Below are positions 29,949 to 41,692 of a DNA stretch of 64,000 bases, one piece after another. A program made the translations under genes and the position numbers. Below the pieces are notes generated by a model. The model had not been told where the DNA came from. It worked only from the letters and a program-made list of their open reading frames with translations, and did not search any database. How positions within the stretch are numbered: position 1 is the stretch's first letter; each line of letters starts with the position of its first letter. This stretch comes from Trypanosoma brucei (taxonomy: Eukaryota), in contig CM000207.1 of assembly GCA_000002445.1 (NCBI GenBank), positions 1,184,001 through 1,248,000 of the forward strand, read 5' to 3'.

Positions 29949-32900
29949 TTAGGGTCGCAGCAAACTGTGGCACACATCAACGACATCAGATATCTTTGGA
30001 TAACTTGGGTGCGCCTCTAGTACCTTACGGCATACTTCAATTGCCTGAAGCAGCTTCCCCGACTTCATTAAGTGGAAGGCCAACTTGTAGCCAACGGATG
30101 GGTCACGCTCCTTTGTGAGCAACCACGCATCCTTATAGCAGTTGGCGGCCTCAGAATGGTTTTCCTCTAATTCATGGCAGGCACCCAGAAGTAGGCAGAC
30201 ACGGGGACAGCTCTTGTTTAATTCGAGGGCCTTCTGCAGCATCATTTTAGCCATCTTCACATCTTTCTTCTGCACAGACATGTGTGCACTAAGGAGCCGG
30301 GCGCGATGCACAGAGTCACTGGTGGTGGGATCAAACGGTAGAAGAACTATAGGTTTAAGTTCGGCTGTGGCCTTCTTCTCGAGACCAGATATGAAGTATG
30401 CAATTGCTAGACCAACACGCGCATGAACATTCATGCGTCCAGTATACGCCGGGGGCTCATTGACATCGCTCAATAACTTGCTGTCTTCATCGTCAGCAGC
30501 GTTATCAGCTTCTTTCTGGGGCTCCTTGTTATTTGCCTTTTCACTCTGTCCGGCATTCCTCTCAGCGGCGGTGCAAATGCGTGTGAACTCCTTAATTGCG
30601 CGTTCTACCAACTGACGTTTTTTGCTTGCAACCCAGCAGTAACCCTGAAGTATATCTCGCGTCTCTCCAGGCGCCATCTGCATCAGCAGTCGCTCAGCAA
30701 CTTTCACGTTCTCATTCCTGTCTTCGTCACCCATTTGGGTGTCGACCCAGAGTTCTTCATTTGTGGGAACAAGATACATCTCAATCATGTTCACTAACGC
30801 CTTCTCGCTCCACTGGGTATCATCTGAGCGAAGTCGCGCAGCGTTGAAAGCCCGAAGGGCTTCCGTACTCTCCTGGCAATAGCGATGATAAAGCCCACGC
30901 GCGAAACTCAACGCAGCGTCAGGGCGCTGACCAACATCAAGCATACTTTCCGCACGCTCAAGTACAATCTTCGCGTCACTAAGACGACCTGCATGGCGCA
31001 ACAGTTGAACATACTGAACAAGTGCCTCGTAATTATTCGGAGTTTTCTCGAGGAGTTGACTAAAGTGGTTTGCTGCGTCATCAAAACAATTCCGACGCAC
31101 CATGAGGTCGGCGAGGATCACTACAGCTTCTTCGCAAGCGGGGTTGATGCGCAGAACAGCGTTGCATTGCTCTTCACAGGCATTTTCATCGCCACACTGC
31201 AGGAGCAAACGGGCACTTGCTAATATTGGTGCCTCACTTGATTCGTCGTACATGCGTGATTCCTGATAACACTCCTTCGCACGCTCTACCTCACCCACAG
31301 AAGCATAGTAGCGCCCGAGCTCGAGACTTATTGTTGCCGCCACAACTTTCTGCTGATATATGGTTTCTCGCGTCTCGTTGCGCATCATATTGCGGAGAAC
31401 ATGCTCTTGAAAGCCTCGCGCCTGAAGTAAGGCTTCGGCTGCCAGGTCAGCGTTCTGTGTGTTGCGATTGATTTTGCACATTAGTAGCGCACAGTTCACG
31501 CGCTCGATGGCGCGGTCGACACCCTCCCCTACGTCGGGCTCGCTTTGATACGCTGGTGCCTCTTTCAGCACCGCAATGGCATGATCCACAGCCCCAAGGT
31601 GCCAGAAGAGCGTCGCAAGATCAGCACGCACAGCAAACTTCGACTTGTCTGATGCCACCGCATCGCGGTAGTAGCGAATTGCTCGCTGATAGTCATGTGT
31701 TGACACAAGTGCACGACCAATGAGTACCGCAAGGTCACTGTTATCGGGATCAATCGCTTTGGCCTTCTCATACGCAGAGATGGACTTCTCCGGTTCCTGT
31801 ATGTTCGTGTATGCTTCGCCCAAGGCTATGTAACTCTGTGCCGTCGCCACTTCCTCTACGAGCTGTTCAAAACACTCCGCGTACATTTGGCGGTTTTGCC
31901 GGTGAATAAGATATATGTTCGCCATCCTTGTCTTAGCAGCAATGAAAAAATCACTACGTGGTGGCACTTGTCTCAGTATTTCAAGGGCTCTGTCCACATC
32001 AGTGCGAGCAGCTATCATTGCGCTTGCAATAGCCACCCGCCCTGCCTGTGCCGTGTCCTTGAACAGTGCCGTTGCCTCGGCTACAGTTGCACGGGCCTCT
32101 TCAGCATCATGAAGTTTGAGGTGAGTTTGTGCAATTAACAGATATAAACTCACATGGTCCTGCACGCTAAGAGGTTGTACGAGCCGTCCCTTGGCGGTGA
32201 CGTGCGACTTATCCTTAACGACCTTTAGTGCTTCTTGCAGTGCCTCGAGTGCTTCCTTGTGCTTGTTCATCATCCCAAGTACGGAACCGTACAACAAATT
32301 GTACAGAGGTTGATCCTTCACCTCGAAATCCAACGTCAGTGCTTGCTCCAGGGCTTGTGAAGCAAGGCTCACATTCCCAACGTATTGGCAAATCTGCGCT
32401 GAAAGGAGAAATGCATCGGGAATAGCGTGCTCATGGCGAATATTTGTGGTGATCATTGCCTGTGCCTTGTTCAGGTTCCCAGAGACAAAATATACTTTTG
32501 ACAGAAGAAGTTGTCCCTCCAAACAGCCGGGAACGTGACGAAGTAACAATTCAAGATGACGCTTACACTTCTCAGCGATGGGATCCGCCTTACTAACAGT
32601 TGGATCTGGGGGCTCCGTGCGGCAGTGATGCATGTACTCTTTTGCCACTTCAAGCATCAGTGGTGGGTTGAGTTTAATGTACAACTCCAACCCCGATGAT
32701 CCCGATCCCACTTCTTGCCTTATTGCCTCGGCCGTTTGGTCAAGAAAGTGTAGCGCTTTTGACTCATTTCTGTGCCGCCGCCACTGAAGAATGGCGTTGA
32801 GGGCACTGAGCTCTGGATTTCGTTGGTTCGATGCCTGAATCTCGTTCGGAAACTCTATCTGTTTCGCTGCGTCATCAAGGTTTCCTGTGAAAATGAGGCA

Positions 32901-34037
32901 GCGAATTAAACCGAGCAGTGGAAGGACGCTACTGTCTGCAGAGGCGGAGGCCTTCTTGAAGGTTGCGAGGGCTGTTTTGTACTCACCGCGGAGGAGTTGT
33001 TGGAAGCCAACTTCAGTCAAATACTCACCTCTCTGTGGAGCCATGCGGTGGGCAGCCTCCGCAAACTGCATCGTAACACCCAAAAGAGGCGGATATGACC
33101 CACTAAGGCGCGAGAAGCACTGTGCATACTCAAAAAAGAGGGCCGCATTTTTTGGTTCCTTTTCCTGTAACGCCTCGAATAAGGACGGTAACTGAGCAGC
33201 AGCGGCCTCATATCGGGCATCCTTCACCAGTAAAAACAGGGTGTTCAAAGCAAGTGCCTCCAGATTAGTTTTATCTTTCCCAAGAATGCGCTTCGTCGTT
33301 TCGGTGCACTGCTCCCAGTCCTCTGCCTTCATGAGGTGCCGAGCCTTCACAATAAGGGCAGGAGTGAAACTCGGATGGCTGACAATGAGTTTATTGAGTA
33401 ACTGCTGGGCAGGAAAAAACTGGTACTTGCGCTCAAAGAAAGCGACACGGCCCATGGTAGAGTCAATGTCCATTGGTTCCCCATTTTGACTCTCCATATT
33501 CATCACTTTCTGGAAAAGAGACCCGCATTTCTCGAGGAAGGCCCCACGACCAATGCTGAGGTCCACCCACGCACGTATCGTTGCAAGATTTGTGCATTCA
33601 TCACGATGCGTCTCCTGAACATCCTCATAGCGGAGTAATATGTCCCGGGCACCAGCTGCGTCACCGGACAACCACATCAGCGCTGCTGCCTGCACCCAGC
33701 CATCTATACTGTTTGCTGCTGTATCTCCATCAGCATAAGCTGCCAGAGCCCGCTCCGCCGAAGCGAGTCCCTCTGTATCCTTACTTCTGCGGTAGATAAG
33801 CACAATACCCATCAATGCGGGTATAACCGTTTCGCGGTGTTGCTGCGCTGATTTGTACTCTCTCAACGCCTCGTTAGGCTGACCCTGCTTGTCGTAGCAC
33901 AATGCACGCCACACACGAAACAACCAGCTGTCCGTTGATTTAATTGTGTCGGTGCAAACGAGCTCCGCATGGCGCCACAGCTTCTCCCGCGCGTAAAACA
34001 TCATCAGCGCATAGTTGGTACGTATTAAGGAGGGCAT
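29949..34037 (-). CDS. IFT139: Intraflagellar transport protein 139 (IFT-A complex; TTC21B/THM1 orthologue), 1362 aa, a TPR-repeat protein
   Basis: ATG at 34035-34037. It is TPR-like throughout. The C-terminus '...AANCYKDAWLLTKERDPSVGYKLAFHLMKSGKLLQAIEVCRKVLEAHPSYPKISDVVDVCHSLLRP' aligns closely with the human TTC21B C-terminus '...[67 protein letters not shown]' (from memory). The length also matches. Confidence 0.75.
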   Translation of the reverse strand: MPSLIRTNYALMMFYAREKLWRHAELVCTDTIKSTDSWLFRVWRALCYDKQGQPNEALREYKSAQQHRETVIPALMGIVLIYRRSKDTEGLASAERALAAYADGDTAANSIDGWVQAAALMWLSGDAAGARDILLRYEDVQETHRDECTNLATIRAWVDLSIGRGAFLEKCGSLFQKVMNMESQNGEPMDIDSTMGRVAFFERKYQFFPAQQLLNKLIVSHPSFTPALIVKARHLMKAEDWEQCTETTKRILGKDKTNLEALALNTLFLLVKDARYEAAAAQLPSLFEALQEKEPKNAALFFEYAQCFSRLSGSYPPLLGVTMQFAEAAHRMAPQRGEYLTEVGFQQLLRGEYKTALATFKKASASADSSVLPLLGLIRCLIFTGNLDDAAKQIEFPNEIQASNQRNPELSALNAILQWRRHRNESKALHFLDQTAEAIRQEVGSGSSGLELYIKLNPPLMLEVAKEYMHHCRTEPPDPTVSKADPIAEKCKRHLELLLRHVPGCLEGQLLLSKVYFVSGNLNKAQAMITTNIRHEHAIPDAFLLSAQICQYVGNVSLASQALEQALTLDFEVKDQPLYNLLYGSVLGMMNKHKEALEALQEALKVVKDKSHVTAKGRLVQPLSVQDHVSLYLLIAQTHLKLHDAEEARATVAEATALFKDTAQAGRVAIASAMIAARTDVDRALEILRQVPPRSDFFIAAKTRMANIYLIHRQNRQMYAECFEQLVEEVATAQSYIALGEAYTNIQEPEKSISAYEKAKAIDPDNSDLAVLIGRALVSTHDYQRAIRYYRDAVASDKSKFAVRADLATLFWHLGAVDHAIAVLKEAPAYQSEPDVGEGVDRAIERVNCALLMCKINRNTQNADLAAEALLQARGFQEHVLRNMMRNETRETIYQQKVVAATISLELGRYYASVGEVERAKECYQESRMYDESSEAPILASARLLLQCGDENACEEQCNAVLRINPACEEAVVILADLMVRRNCFDDAANHFSQLLEKTPNNYEALVQYVQLLRHAGRLSDAKIVLERAESMLDVGQRPDAALSFARGLYHRYCQESTEALRAFNAARLRSDDTQWSEKALVNMIEMYLVPTNEELWVDTQMGDEDRNENVKVAERLLMQMAPGETRDILQGYCWVASKKRQLVERAIKEFTRICTAAERNAGQSEKANNKEPQKEADNAADDEDSKLLSDVNEPPAYTGRMNVHARVGLAIAYFISGLEKKATAELKPIVLLPFDPTTSDSVHRARLLSAHMSVQKKDVKMAKMMLQKALELNKSCPRVCLLLGACHELEENHSEAANCYKDAWLLTKERDPSVGYKLAFHLMKSGKLLQAIEVCRKVLEAHPSYPKISDVVDVCHSLLRP

Positions 34038-35344
34038 TGCCTCACAACACCGATCAGCTTCGAACCCTTATCTCACTTGTAGTTGTGCTTATCAATATTT
34101 AACTTCCACTTTTTTTCCAATGAGAACACCCTATAGAAGTTATGATGGCAGTAACAGACCACGGTATGGGGGAAAATAACCAAAAGCGAGAAAATATTAC
34201 ACAAAGTTTTTTGAAAAACATCCCTCTCGCATACAAGCTTAACAAGATGTATGTAAAAGGGAATTGCACACATTGGAAGGGCGATAAAAGATATGAGATG
34301 CAGAAAGCCACGCGGATCACAAGCAAGCCTACACTGGGGATAACGAAATATGGAAAGATTAAGAACAGTTGAGCACTTGGGTCTAAAACATTAGTACAAA
34401 TGCCGAAGCGCAGACACAACACATTACCACCGCAAAGGGGGGAAAACGAAGGATCGCACACCTCACCCATCGCTGCCGCATCACTGTGATAGAGAGACGC
34501 TCCCTACTTCCTCTGAAGCGAACACGTCTTATCCAATCCATAACCAACAGCATTTTCAAAATTGCTCTTGTTCAGCAATATGTGACCTCAAAATCTCACT
34601 GCAAATGCATAGCCATATCTAAGAGGTCATGACGAATTAAATGTTTCTGATCGAAAGCAGGAAACCCCTCCTACCGCCCCCCCCCTCCGCTACCTTCAGT
34701 CAACAAGACCGCGATGCAGCGGAGTTCAACTGGGTCTGGAGGATAGAGGATTCGCGCCCCCCTTTGGCTCGCATCGCTGGTCGACATGAAAGGGCATGGG
34801 ACAGTGAGTCCACGCCTTAGATGGCTGTCAAAAGCAATAGCACCAACGAAGAGGCACAGCATCGCGATGTGAAAATTAAAAAAAAAACATGGTCAATGCC
34901 AGCGGCTACAGGTTGACGTGCTGCGGTTCGGAAGCAGCATCTCCCTACGGACAAAGGAGGCAAACCGAGCTACCACTAACGAAAGCGGACAGCTGGGACA
35001 GTAACACAACAGCGCCTCTGCCCACCCTTTCAGGTAGTACAAGGGATAAAAACTATCAAGTGACAAAAGGGAGGGCACAGAGTAGACCACCCTGTGGCGA
35101 AACGTTATGCCAGTGACATGGCCCTCTGTTACACCGACGGGAGACCACAGAGGCATCTTGCATTCGCGTGTCCGTGATTACTCTACTCCGAAAGTCTCTG
35201 TTATTTGCACATGGGGACTCAACAGCATCGGCACCGAAACCACCGCTCCTTGAAAGAGCAGCACGGCAGTCCACAAATACACACGTATACATGCAGCTGC
35301 ATACTCACACACACCAGGCATTTTGACATACTAGAGAACACGCA

Positions 35345-36310
35345 TCACTTCGCACCTCGCCGGCCCTCCTCCGTTTCCTTCTTTGATGTTCCACCCGTAT
35401 CTCTTGACTTAAAGGTACTACCACTGGGCTCCACATGCCCGCCACCTCGACGGGGTATTGGCAACACCGCCGACGCCCTGGGTCTAACCTTCGGTGTTCC
35501 GGCACTCACATGAACTGCAGCAACCTCCTTTCCATTTGGCCGAGCCGCCTCCTCCGCCGGCAATCCCCCCACGTGACTTACATTTGCCGCTGATCCGTCT
35601 GGTGTCGGTTCTTCTTCCGTAGCCTCTGTTATTGTTAACTTCGATGGTGGTGGTGGTGCTGGCGCGGGTACAGTCGGTGACGATAGCTGTGGCGGCGGTG
35701 CGAGCAGACTCCAACCTAACTGTCTTGCCTCTGCTTCCACCAGTTCCTCCTCGGTGTGCACTACCGTTACAACCGGCGTGATACACACCCAATCGGCCAC
35801 ATACGGGGGCGAAATGCGGACAATGGGGCGATATAACTCTACATATTGCATATCCCCCATCCGTACCTTGTCCCCGGCGAAGCTGCGATATTCCTGAAAT
35901 ATAGAAACTAACGACCATCCCTGTAGTAGCCGTAGACACGCCGCAACAGTGCCCGTCCTGTGTTTCCCCTTGTTGCAATGAATAAGAACGGGGTGAAGTC
36001 TCGTGTCGATGAGGGCAGAGAGAATACGATGCATCAGCGGTTCTGAGATATCCATGAAAGGTTCTTTGTTTCCCTCAGTGGCAAATCGACGAATTGTTAT
36101 TCCGCTTTCTTCGCAGAACTTTACATTACTTTCCGCATAGTCCTCGGGGCAGAGATATATGATGGTGCGCAACCCCAGAGCACGGATGAAGCGGTAGTTT
36201 TTGCGTGTCGGGTAACCGGAACGGTACACACCAGGGCACACCATTGCAAAATTGATAGTTGGAACGAGTTGCTCCCTCACCTCCGGAGGTGGTTGCCCCG
36301 GAAGTGTCAT
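35345..36310 (-). CDS. Protein-tyrosine-phosphatase-like protein of the Siw14/Oca (PFA-DSP, Y_phosphatase2) family, 321 aa, with a Pro/Ala-rich C-terminal extension
   Basis: ATG at 36308-36310. The CX5R P-loop 'LIHCNKGKHRTGTV' matches Siw14-type 'HCNRGKHRVG'. Confidence 0.75.
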   Translation of the reverse strand: MTLPGQPPPEVREQLVPTINFAMVCPGVYRSGYPTRKNYRFIRALGLRTIIYLCPEDYAESNVKFCEESGITIRRFATEGNKEPFMDISEPLMHRILSALIDTRLHPVLIHCNKGKHRTGTVAACLRLLQGWSLVSIFQEYRSFAGDKVRMGDMQYVELYRPIVRISPPYVADWVCITPVVTVVHTEEELVEAEARQLGWSLLAPPPQLSSPTVPAPAPPPPSKLTITEATEEEPTPDGSAANVSHVGGLPAEEAARPNGKEVAAVHVSAGTPKVRPRASAVLPIPRRGGGHVEPSGSTFKSRDTGGTSKKETEEGRRGAK

Positions 36311-37699
36311 GGTGTAACTCCAAATATGTCACTACAGTAATCAATAACGTAAATACGCTGGACTTCCCTTCCCTACAGAACAGAAAAGACGCAACACAAA
36401 TAAAGGGCCGACCGTCAAGAAGAGCGTGCGCGCAACAGCCCACGCAACCGCTGCAGCCTTCCGATGGCAGGGGCCCTTGCTAAAAAAAAAAAATAAAGAA
36501 AAAAGCGAGTAACAATGTGGTGAAACCCTGCAGTAGAGGTAACGGACAGCAATGTCGTGGAAGCAGCAACAATGTGGTGCGTAGCGCCTTCGAACCGCAC
36601 GATCAAATATCTGACGCGTTCTGACTGAAGTCAACACTCTCCCCCGCCCGCAGAAATTGTGCAACTCAATATTCATTGTCACTGCAATCGCATTTCTCAG
36701 CACCCCAAAAAGTTATGTGGCACACTTTGCGCGTATGGACAAAAGAAGAAAAGGAAAAAGACACAGACAACGCGCCTGCGAATGTGAAAAGCGTATCACA
36801 CCGTTACTTCCATTTGTTGATAGTGGCGTACAAATCTTTCAAATGAAGCCCCCAAAACCCCAAGCAGCCGAATAGGTTTGTATTCTGCAGAAACTCTATG
36901 AGGACTTCTTTTTCATTCAATTGGTATTGAAGGATTGGTACACCATTTGTTGGTAAAGTTAGGCCTTCTCTCATACCACGATATTCATGCAATAGAGCAA
37001 AATCCCCTTTCGCCCCATTGAGCGTCGAACGCAGCGCGACTATTCAACGGCAGTTTCCCCTTACTCGCCTTCACCTACCACTAAGGAGCATGCGCCCATT
37101 CCTCCCCCAACAAAAAAAAAAAGAGCGACAGGAATGAAAATGAAAATAATAAATAAATAGGTGCTGTCAGGAGCAGGAAGAATCCCCAAGAAAGGAGAGA
37201 GACCAGCCAATGACAACTGTACCGCTGTGCATATTACTACAGTTATTATCGTTATCATTTTGAAGTGCAATTAATATAACATGAGCAAGGACGCAGCAGA
37301 CGTAGAACCAATATATTTTTATATTTTTTGATGTCGGCAAGGACACCCTTGTTGCACGGGGTGTGCTCTTGGACACACAATGATGCGTTGCTTGGCGCAC
37401 CGAAAAGAATATGAAGGGGGAGAAAAAAACAGTCGATGCTGTATACTTCGCATCAAAAGTACAAACTATTTACAAAGAGGAAAACTGTTTTTTTCTTTTT
37501 CTTTGAAGGAGCACCCAGCATAGTGAGCGACAAGTAACTCCGTAGCAACGAGAAACTGATGCAAAGTGAGGGGAACAAGGATGTGTCAACAACGCCTGCC
37601 TGGCAGAGCACCGATATCATCCGTAACCTCGGACCAACTTGGTGAAGCTGCGGGTTAAACCAAATGAAGCAGGCAAAATATGAAAAAAAAAAAGAAGTA

Positions 37700-40471
37700 T
37701 TACTGAAAAGGAGGCGGTAGCTCGGGTGATCCAGTAATCAAATCCATAGAAAACGGAAGCGGCTGGGCCTCGAATGGTACGGCGCAAGGCCCAACACCAC
37801 TATCCATGATCCAAAGATCGGGAGGCGGCTCCGCCCGTTCCTCCGGAGGTTGCTGCTTTGGTGGGTGCCCCTTGGTCAGGAGTTTGCTCCGTTTTGCCTC
37901 CAAGAACAGCCAAATATTTACGTCAGCCGCGAACAACTGCCCTAGTTCCAAAAATATCTCCAACTGATGTGTACACACCTCTTGCGAGGTGTCGACGCGG
38001 TAGCCCGTTGTGTACGCAGTGTCTTTTGTCGGATCCAATAGTCTGTGATACTGACCAAAGTTATGGATAACATCCAAGGGCAGCAGTCTACAGGGCATGG
38101 GAATTCCCGACCCGTCTGCCCCCGTCGCCTCATTCTGAAGCATGCCGGAAGTTTCCGCACCACACGCCGCCCCCGAAAATGACCTGGTTATATCTTCCTC
38201 CGATTCCCCGGTACCCAAAGGAGTAATTGGGCGGGGAATCGATGTTGACCCCAAATCTTGTTCCGGGGGTGTCTTCTGCGTGGTAGGGGGAACGTCCTTT
38301 ATACCTTTACTCGCCTTCAAAATTTTATCAGGATCGCTGTGCTTCGCATCACTTGATAGACTGCTACGTGCCTGAACGAATACGTGTACAGGAATACGCT
38401 GACGGCTAGTTGTGAGGCTGCTTTTAACCGCTTTGGTTGCCTTTGAGAAGAGGCTACGCATCAGCCCCTTGCCACTCTTACTTTTGCTTGCTCCAGTGCC
38501 GCCTTGGTCACGCCCCGCCTTCGCTAACATTGCAGCGCTCAAGCGCGCCACGTCAGCAGCGGGTAAATCCTGGTAGAGATCTGGGAAGCGCCGCGAAGCC
38601 CGAATATAGAAAGAGGAAAGCATTCCTATCATCCGGGGGTGAGAAATGTAGTAGTTCTTCGAAAGCGGATCCCTCTCTCCTCCTCGTAAACTGTGAGAAT
38701 TCTGCTCATACAGCCTATTACTACATGATTGCCGTACGATCGTTCCGTCCAAAAACGATAGCAAACCTAGCGTCTCAACCGAAAGGGTTGCCACTTCCCA
38801 ATTATGGTATAACCGCGTCTTGGAAATGGCAGTTGCAAATTTAGAATTACCACCGAGGTTGTCTGGAAGAAAACGCTGGTAATCCAAAGAGTAGACGATA
38901 CGGTTAGGTTGCCGCCATGTGGTGCTAGAATCATGACCTTCGAAGTAGCTACCACCTGTGTTTCTCATAGGAGAGAGTCCTTTTCTATAATTCCCCAAAA
39001 GGCGAGATGCACTATACTCAACAAATGCATCATGTGCCTCCCCCATCGGGGCAGCTTCCACATGAAATAAAGAGTTCAACGAGCGATCCGTGGACAGAGC
39101 CCCTGACCCAGCAACCGAGCAAACATGAGCCTGCGCGACCACAGCTCCTAGCACCTGTCGGAATGCTTGCCGCTGTTCCTTGGAGACAAGCGATTTAACG
39201 GCGTCCTCCACCTTGTCACTTGATGGCACCAAGTCAGTCGGTGCGAAAAAGAACCGCCGGCTATGATCTGGCGATACACCCACAAATCCTGTGCGTGCGT
39301 CCGCTATCCAAATGTGAGCACGGTCCACTCCTGCAGTGTCACTTCCATACAACATCAAACGCGGGAGGATCTCCGCTGTCGACCCCAACATAAACGAAGA
39401 GCTTGCCCACATTTCCTCCACAACACCAAAACCTTCCGGCGGAAGGTACGGAACAATAGGAAGCGCCCATATAAAGGGAACGAGCATCGACTGCGCACTA
39501 ATAACACACGCGGAAGCATGCTGCGGAGTTACACCAATAAAAACGACTCGCTCCTCCTGCAGCAGCAAGGAATGTATCACGCGGAGAGCGTCGTAAGAAA
39601 AACTTAAGCACAGAGTCCGCAGTGGAACATCAGTAAAAGGATGGTGAAGGTCATTCGGGCGAATAACAGGAACTGACGCACGCTCAAATTGCAAGTAAAA
39701 GTGATTGTTGACGGGAGTTTTGCAAGCGTTACTGCAACCGTCAACTAGGTCCGAAAGCGGCCACATTGCTTTGGTGTAAGCCGAATTGTCAGCTCTCGCC
39801 AGCCCTTCGACGTTCTGACTACCGAAGTGCCCTCTGCCAATCCCATGGGAAATGCAAAGAACATGAGGGACAGTCTCCAGCACGATAGTGCGCATTGTAT
39901 TAAACAATGGGGATGCGGAAAGTATGGTGATTAGTAATCCCTCCGCGGCACACCCTGTGTAAATAAAGTACGTAAAACCGTACAAGTAACCTTCATCATC
40001 TGTTCTCTTCTCGTCTTCACCATAGCTACCACTGTTGTAGCATACCACATCCATGGCTGTTCCAGATCCAGCGGCACGCAAGCACGCAGAACCAAACTGG
40101 CATGACGGGACTTGGATGAAGAGACCTTCCTCCCCAATGGGTGAGACATCCTTCGCACCATACGCACCACCAGCAGGTTGCAAGCCTCCACCATTCATCG
40201 TTTTAAGCAACAGCCTTCCGCAAAACCTCTTCAAAAGTGAACACAGGACGCTGTTCTTTTCAACAACATCCTCAGATGCACAAGCATCGGCAACGCACTC
40301 CCTACTGCCCCTATCATTATTTCCACTTCCTCCATTGTTGAACACAACAATTGGTTCCAACACTGCTGCAGGAACCGACCCTTCGTCACGAGCACCAACG
40401 TTGTCACAGTAAGAATCCTGTACCCAAACGCGATGCAGCGACACAGTATGTGCTAATGGGCAAACCTGCAT
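37700..40471 (-). CDS. 923-aa hypothetical protein with a probable DENN domain (Rab GEF-like)
   Basis: ATG at 40469-40471. 'EERVVFIGVTPQHASACVISAQSMLVPFIWALPIVPYLPPEGFGVVEEMWASSSFMLGS' resembles the core DENN pattern (ilf.S.s...l....ealisLlyPf.W.hvyIPiLP..l.d.l.aP.PfliG). Confidence 0.4.
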   Translation of the reverse strand: MQVCPLAHTVSLHRVWVQDSYCDNVGARDEGSVPAAVLEPIVVFNNGGSGNNDRGSRECVADACASEDVVEKNSVLCSLLKRFCGRLLLKTMNGGGLQPAGGAYGAKDVSPIGEEGLFIQVPSCQFGSACLRAAGSGTAMDVVCYNSGSYGEDEKRTDDEGYLYGFTYFIYTGCAAEGLLITILSASPLFNTMRTIVLETVPHVLCISHGIGRGHFGSQNVEGLARADNSAYTKAMWPLSDLVDGCSNACKTPVNNHFYLQFERASVPVIRPNDLHHPFTDVPLRTLCLSFSYDALRVIHSLLLQEERVVFIGVTPQHASACVISAQSMLVPFIWALPIVPYLPPEGFGVVEEMWASSSFMLGSTAEILPRLMLYGSDTAGVDRAHIWIADARTGFVGVSPDHSRRFFFAPTDLVPSSDKVEDAVKSLVSKEQRQAFRQVLGAVVAQAHVCSVAGSGALSTDRSLNSLFHVEAAPMGEAHDAFVEYSASRLLGNYRKGLSPMRNTGGSYFEGHDSSTTWRQPNRIVYSLDYQRFLPDNLGGNSKFATAISKTRLYHNWEVATLSVETLGLLSFLDGTIVRQSCSNRLYEQNSHSLRGGERDPLSKNYYISHPRMIGMLSSFYIRASRRFPDLYQDLPAADVARLSAAMLAKAGRDQGGTGASKSKSGKGLMRSLFSKATKAVKSSLTTSRQRIPVHVFVQARSSLSSDAKHSDPDKILKASKGIKDVPPTTQKTPPEQDLGSTSIPRPITPLGTGESEEDITRSFSGAACGAETSGMLQNEATGADGSGIPMPCRLLPLDVIHNFGQYHRLLDPTKDTAYTTGYRVDTSQEVCTHQLEIFLELGQLFAADVNIWLFLEAKRSKLLTKGHPPKQQPPEERAEPPPDLWIMDSGVGPCAVPFEAQPLPFSMDLITGSPELPPPFQ

Positions 40472-40795
40472 ATTTGCTAAACCTCACAAATATATATATA
40501 TATATACTGATGCACGTGAAAGGGAGAAGTTAAATACCCAAACTTCAGCCGTTTTGTGAGGAGGAAGAAGGAGTCTGGCACTAACAAACATCGTGGGATA
40601 GGGACAATCGCCAACAAACCGTGGGAGCAAGGAGACAAAATCACGTACTCAAGGAACATGAAGTAAAAAAAATATGGAAGCAACAGAATGTTCTGACACA
40701 TAATATGTTATCCCCTACAAAATATATATATTTTTAACACTGACAGTTCGTTTACCGCAGAGCTTCCACGAAAAATAAAATGGCAAAAAGAAAAC

Positions 40796-41692
40796 TCAAG
40801 AATAGTTTTGGTTGAGATGGCGGGCAAAGCGTGGTAACACAAATGCCGCCTTATGGACGTCCGAGTCGTAGTACTTCAGTTCACCCGCAAAAGGCATCGA
40901 CTCGACGGGACGCACGGGTTGGGTCACATCCACGCCAGCCACCTTGGAACATATGAGAGAACCAATGCTTCCGCATGGGTACGTAGGGGTGTAAATCATA
41001 GCGTACTTTACGGAGGCAAAACCCACCTTGTTTTTAATAAAGTCGGCCATCCCTTCAATTAGGTTGCGATTCAACCAAACAGACTCTCCTTGATTACAAC
41101 AGATGCCGCGTGGTTTCAGGATGCGCAGCACGTCCCGATAAAACTTCTCCCCAAACAACTCAGCTGCGGGGCCGTCAGGGTCTGTGGTGTCGATAATAAC
41201 CACGTCAAAACTTTCACTTGCCGCCTCCCTCACGAATGCAACGCCGTCCCCTACCCGCACATCAGCCCTTGGGTCAGAGAAACCGCTCGAAATCTGAGGA
41301 AAATATTTCTTGCTTGCCTCAATCACGTCACCATCAATATCAACGAGAACGCACCGCTTGACAGTGCCGTGGCGCAGAACTTCGCGCATGACACCACCAT
41401 CCCCACCCCCAATGATGAGGACATCCACGGGATCGGGATGAGCGCAGAGAGGGGTGTGGCTCAACATTTCGTGGTAAACAAACTCATCGAAGTCTGTAAG
41501 TTGGATGCAACCGTCAAGCGTCATGACGGTGCCCCACGGCCCTTTGGGATCGGTCTCGAAAATCGACAGGTGCTGGAACTTTGTTGGAGTATCGTGTAGA
41601 ACCTCTTCAACCTTAAAGGACATTGCTTGACCGGGCCACTGCCCATTTTCCTCACGAAACCATCCGTCAGCAAGAAGACCGGGTCCAGGCAT
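40796..41692 (-). CDS. SpdS: Spermidine synthase (aminopropyltransferase), 298 aa
   Basis: ATG at 41690-41692. 'VLIIGGGDGGVMREVLRHGTV' (SAM/dcSAM-binding), 'VVIIDTTDPDGPA' and 'QGESVWL' are canonical spermidine synthase motifs. It is clearly homologous to the trypanosomatid SpdS sequence I recall. Confidence 0.9.
   Translation of the reverse strand: MPGPGLLADGWFREENGQWPGQAMSFKVEEVLHDTPTKFQHLSIFETDPKGPWGTVMTLDGCIQLTDFDEFVYHEMLSHTPLCAHPDPVDVLIIGGGDGGVMREVLRHGTVKRCVLVDIDGDVIEASKKYFPQISSGFSDPRADVRVGDGVAFVREAASESFDVVIIDTTDPDGPAAELFGEKFYRDVLRILKPRGICCNQGESVWLNRNLIEGMADFIKNKVGFASVKYAMIYTPTYPCGSIGSLICSKVAGVDVTQPVRPVESMPFAGELKYYDSDVHKAAFVLPRFARHLNQNYS

Noticed and set aside
36580-36615. Possible tRNA T-loop-like 'ggttcgaagg' on the minus strand; a weaker 'gcttcgaaccc' at ~34050 was also noted
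   Set aside because: The flanking sequence does not form the 5-bp T-stem or an acceptor stem, and no A-box or B-box spacing is present. No tRNA can be supported.
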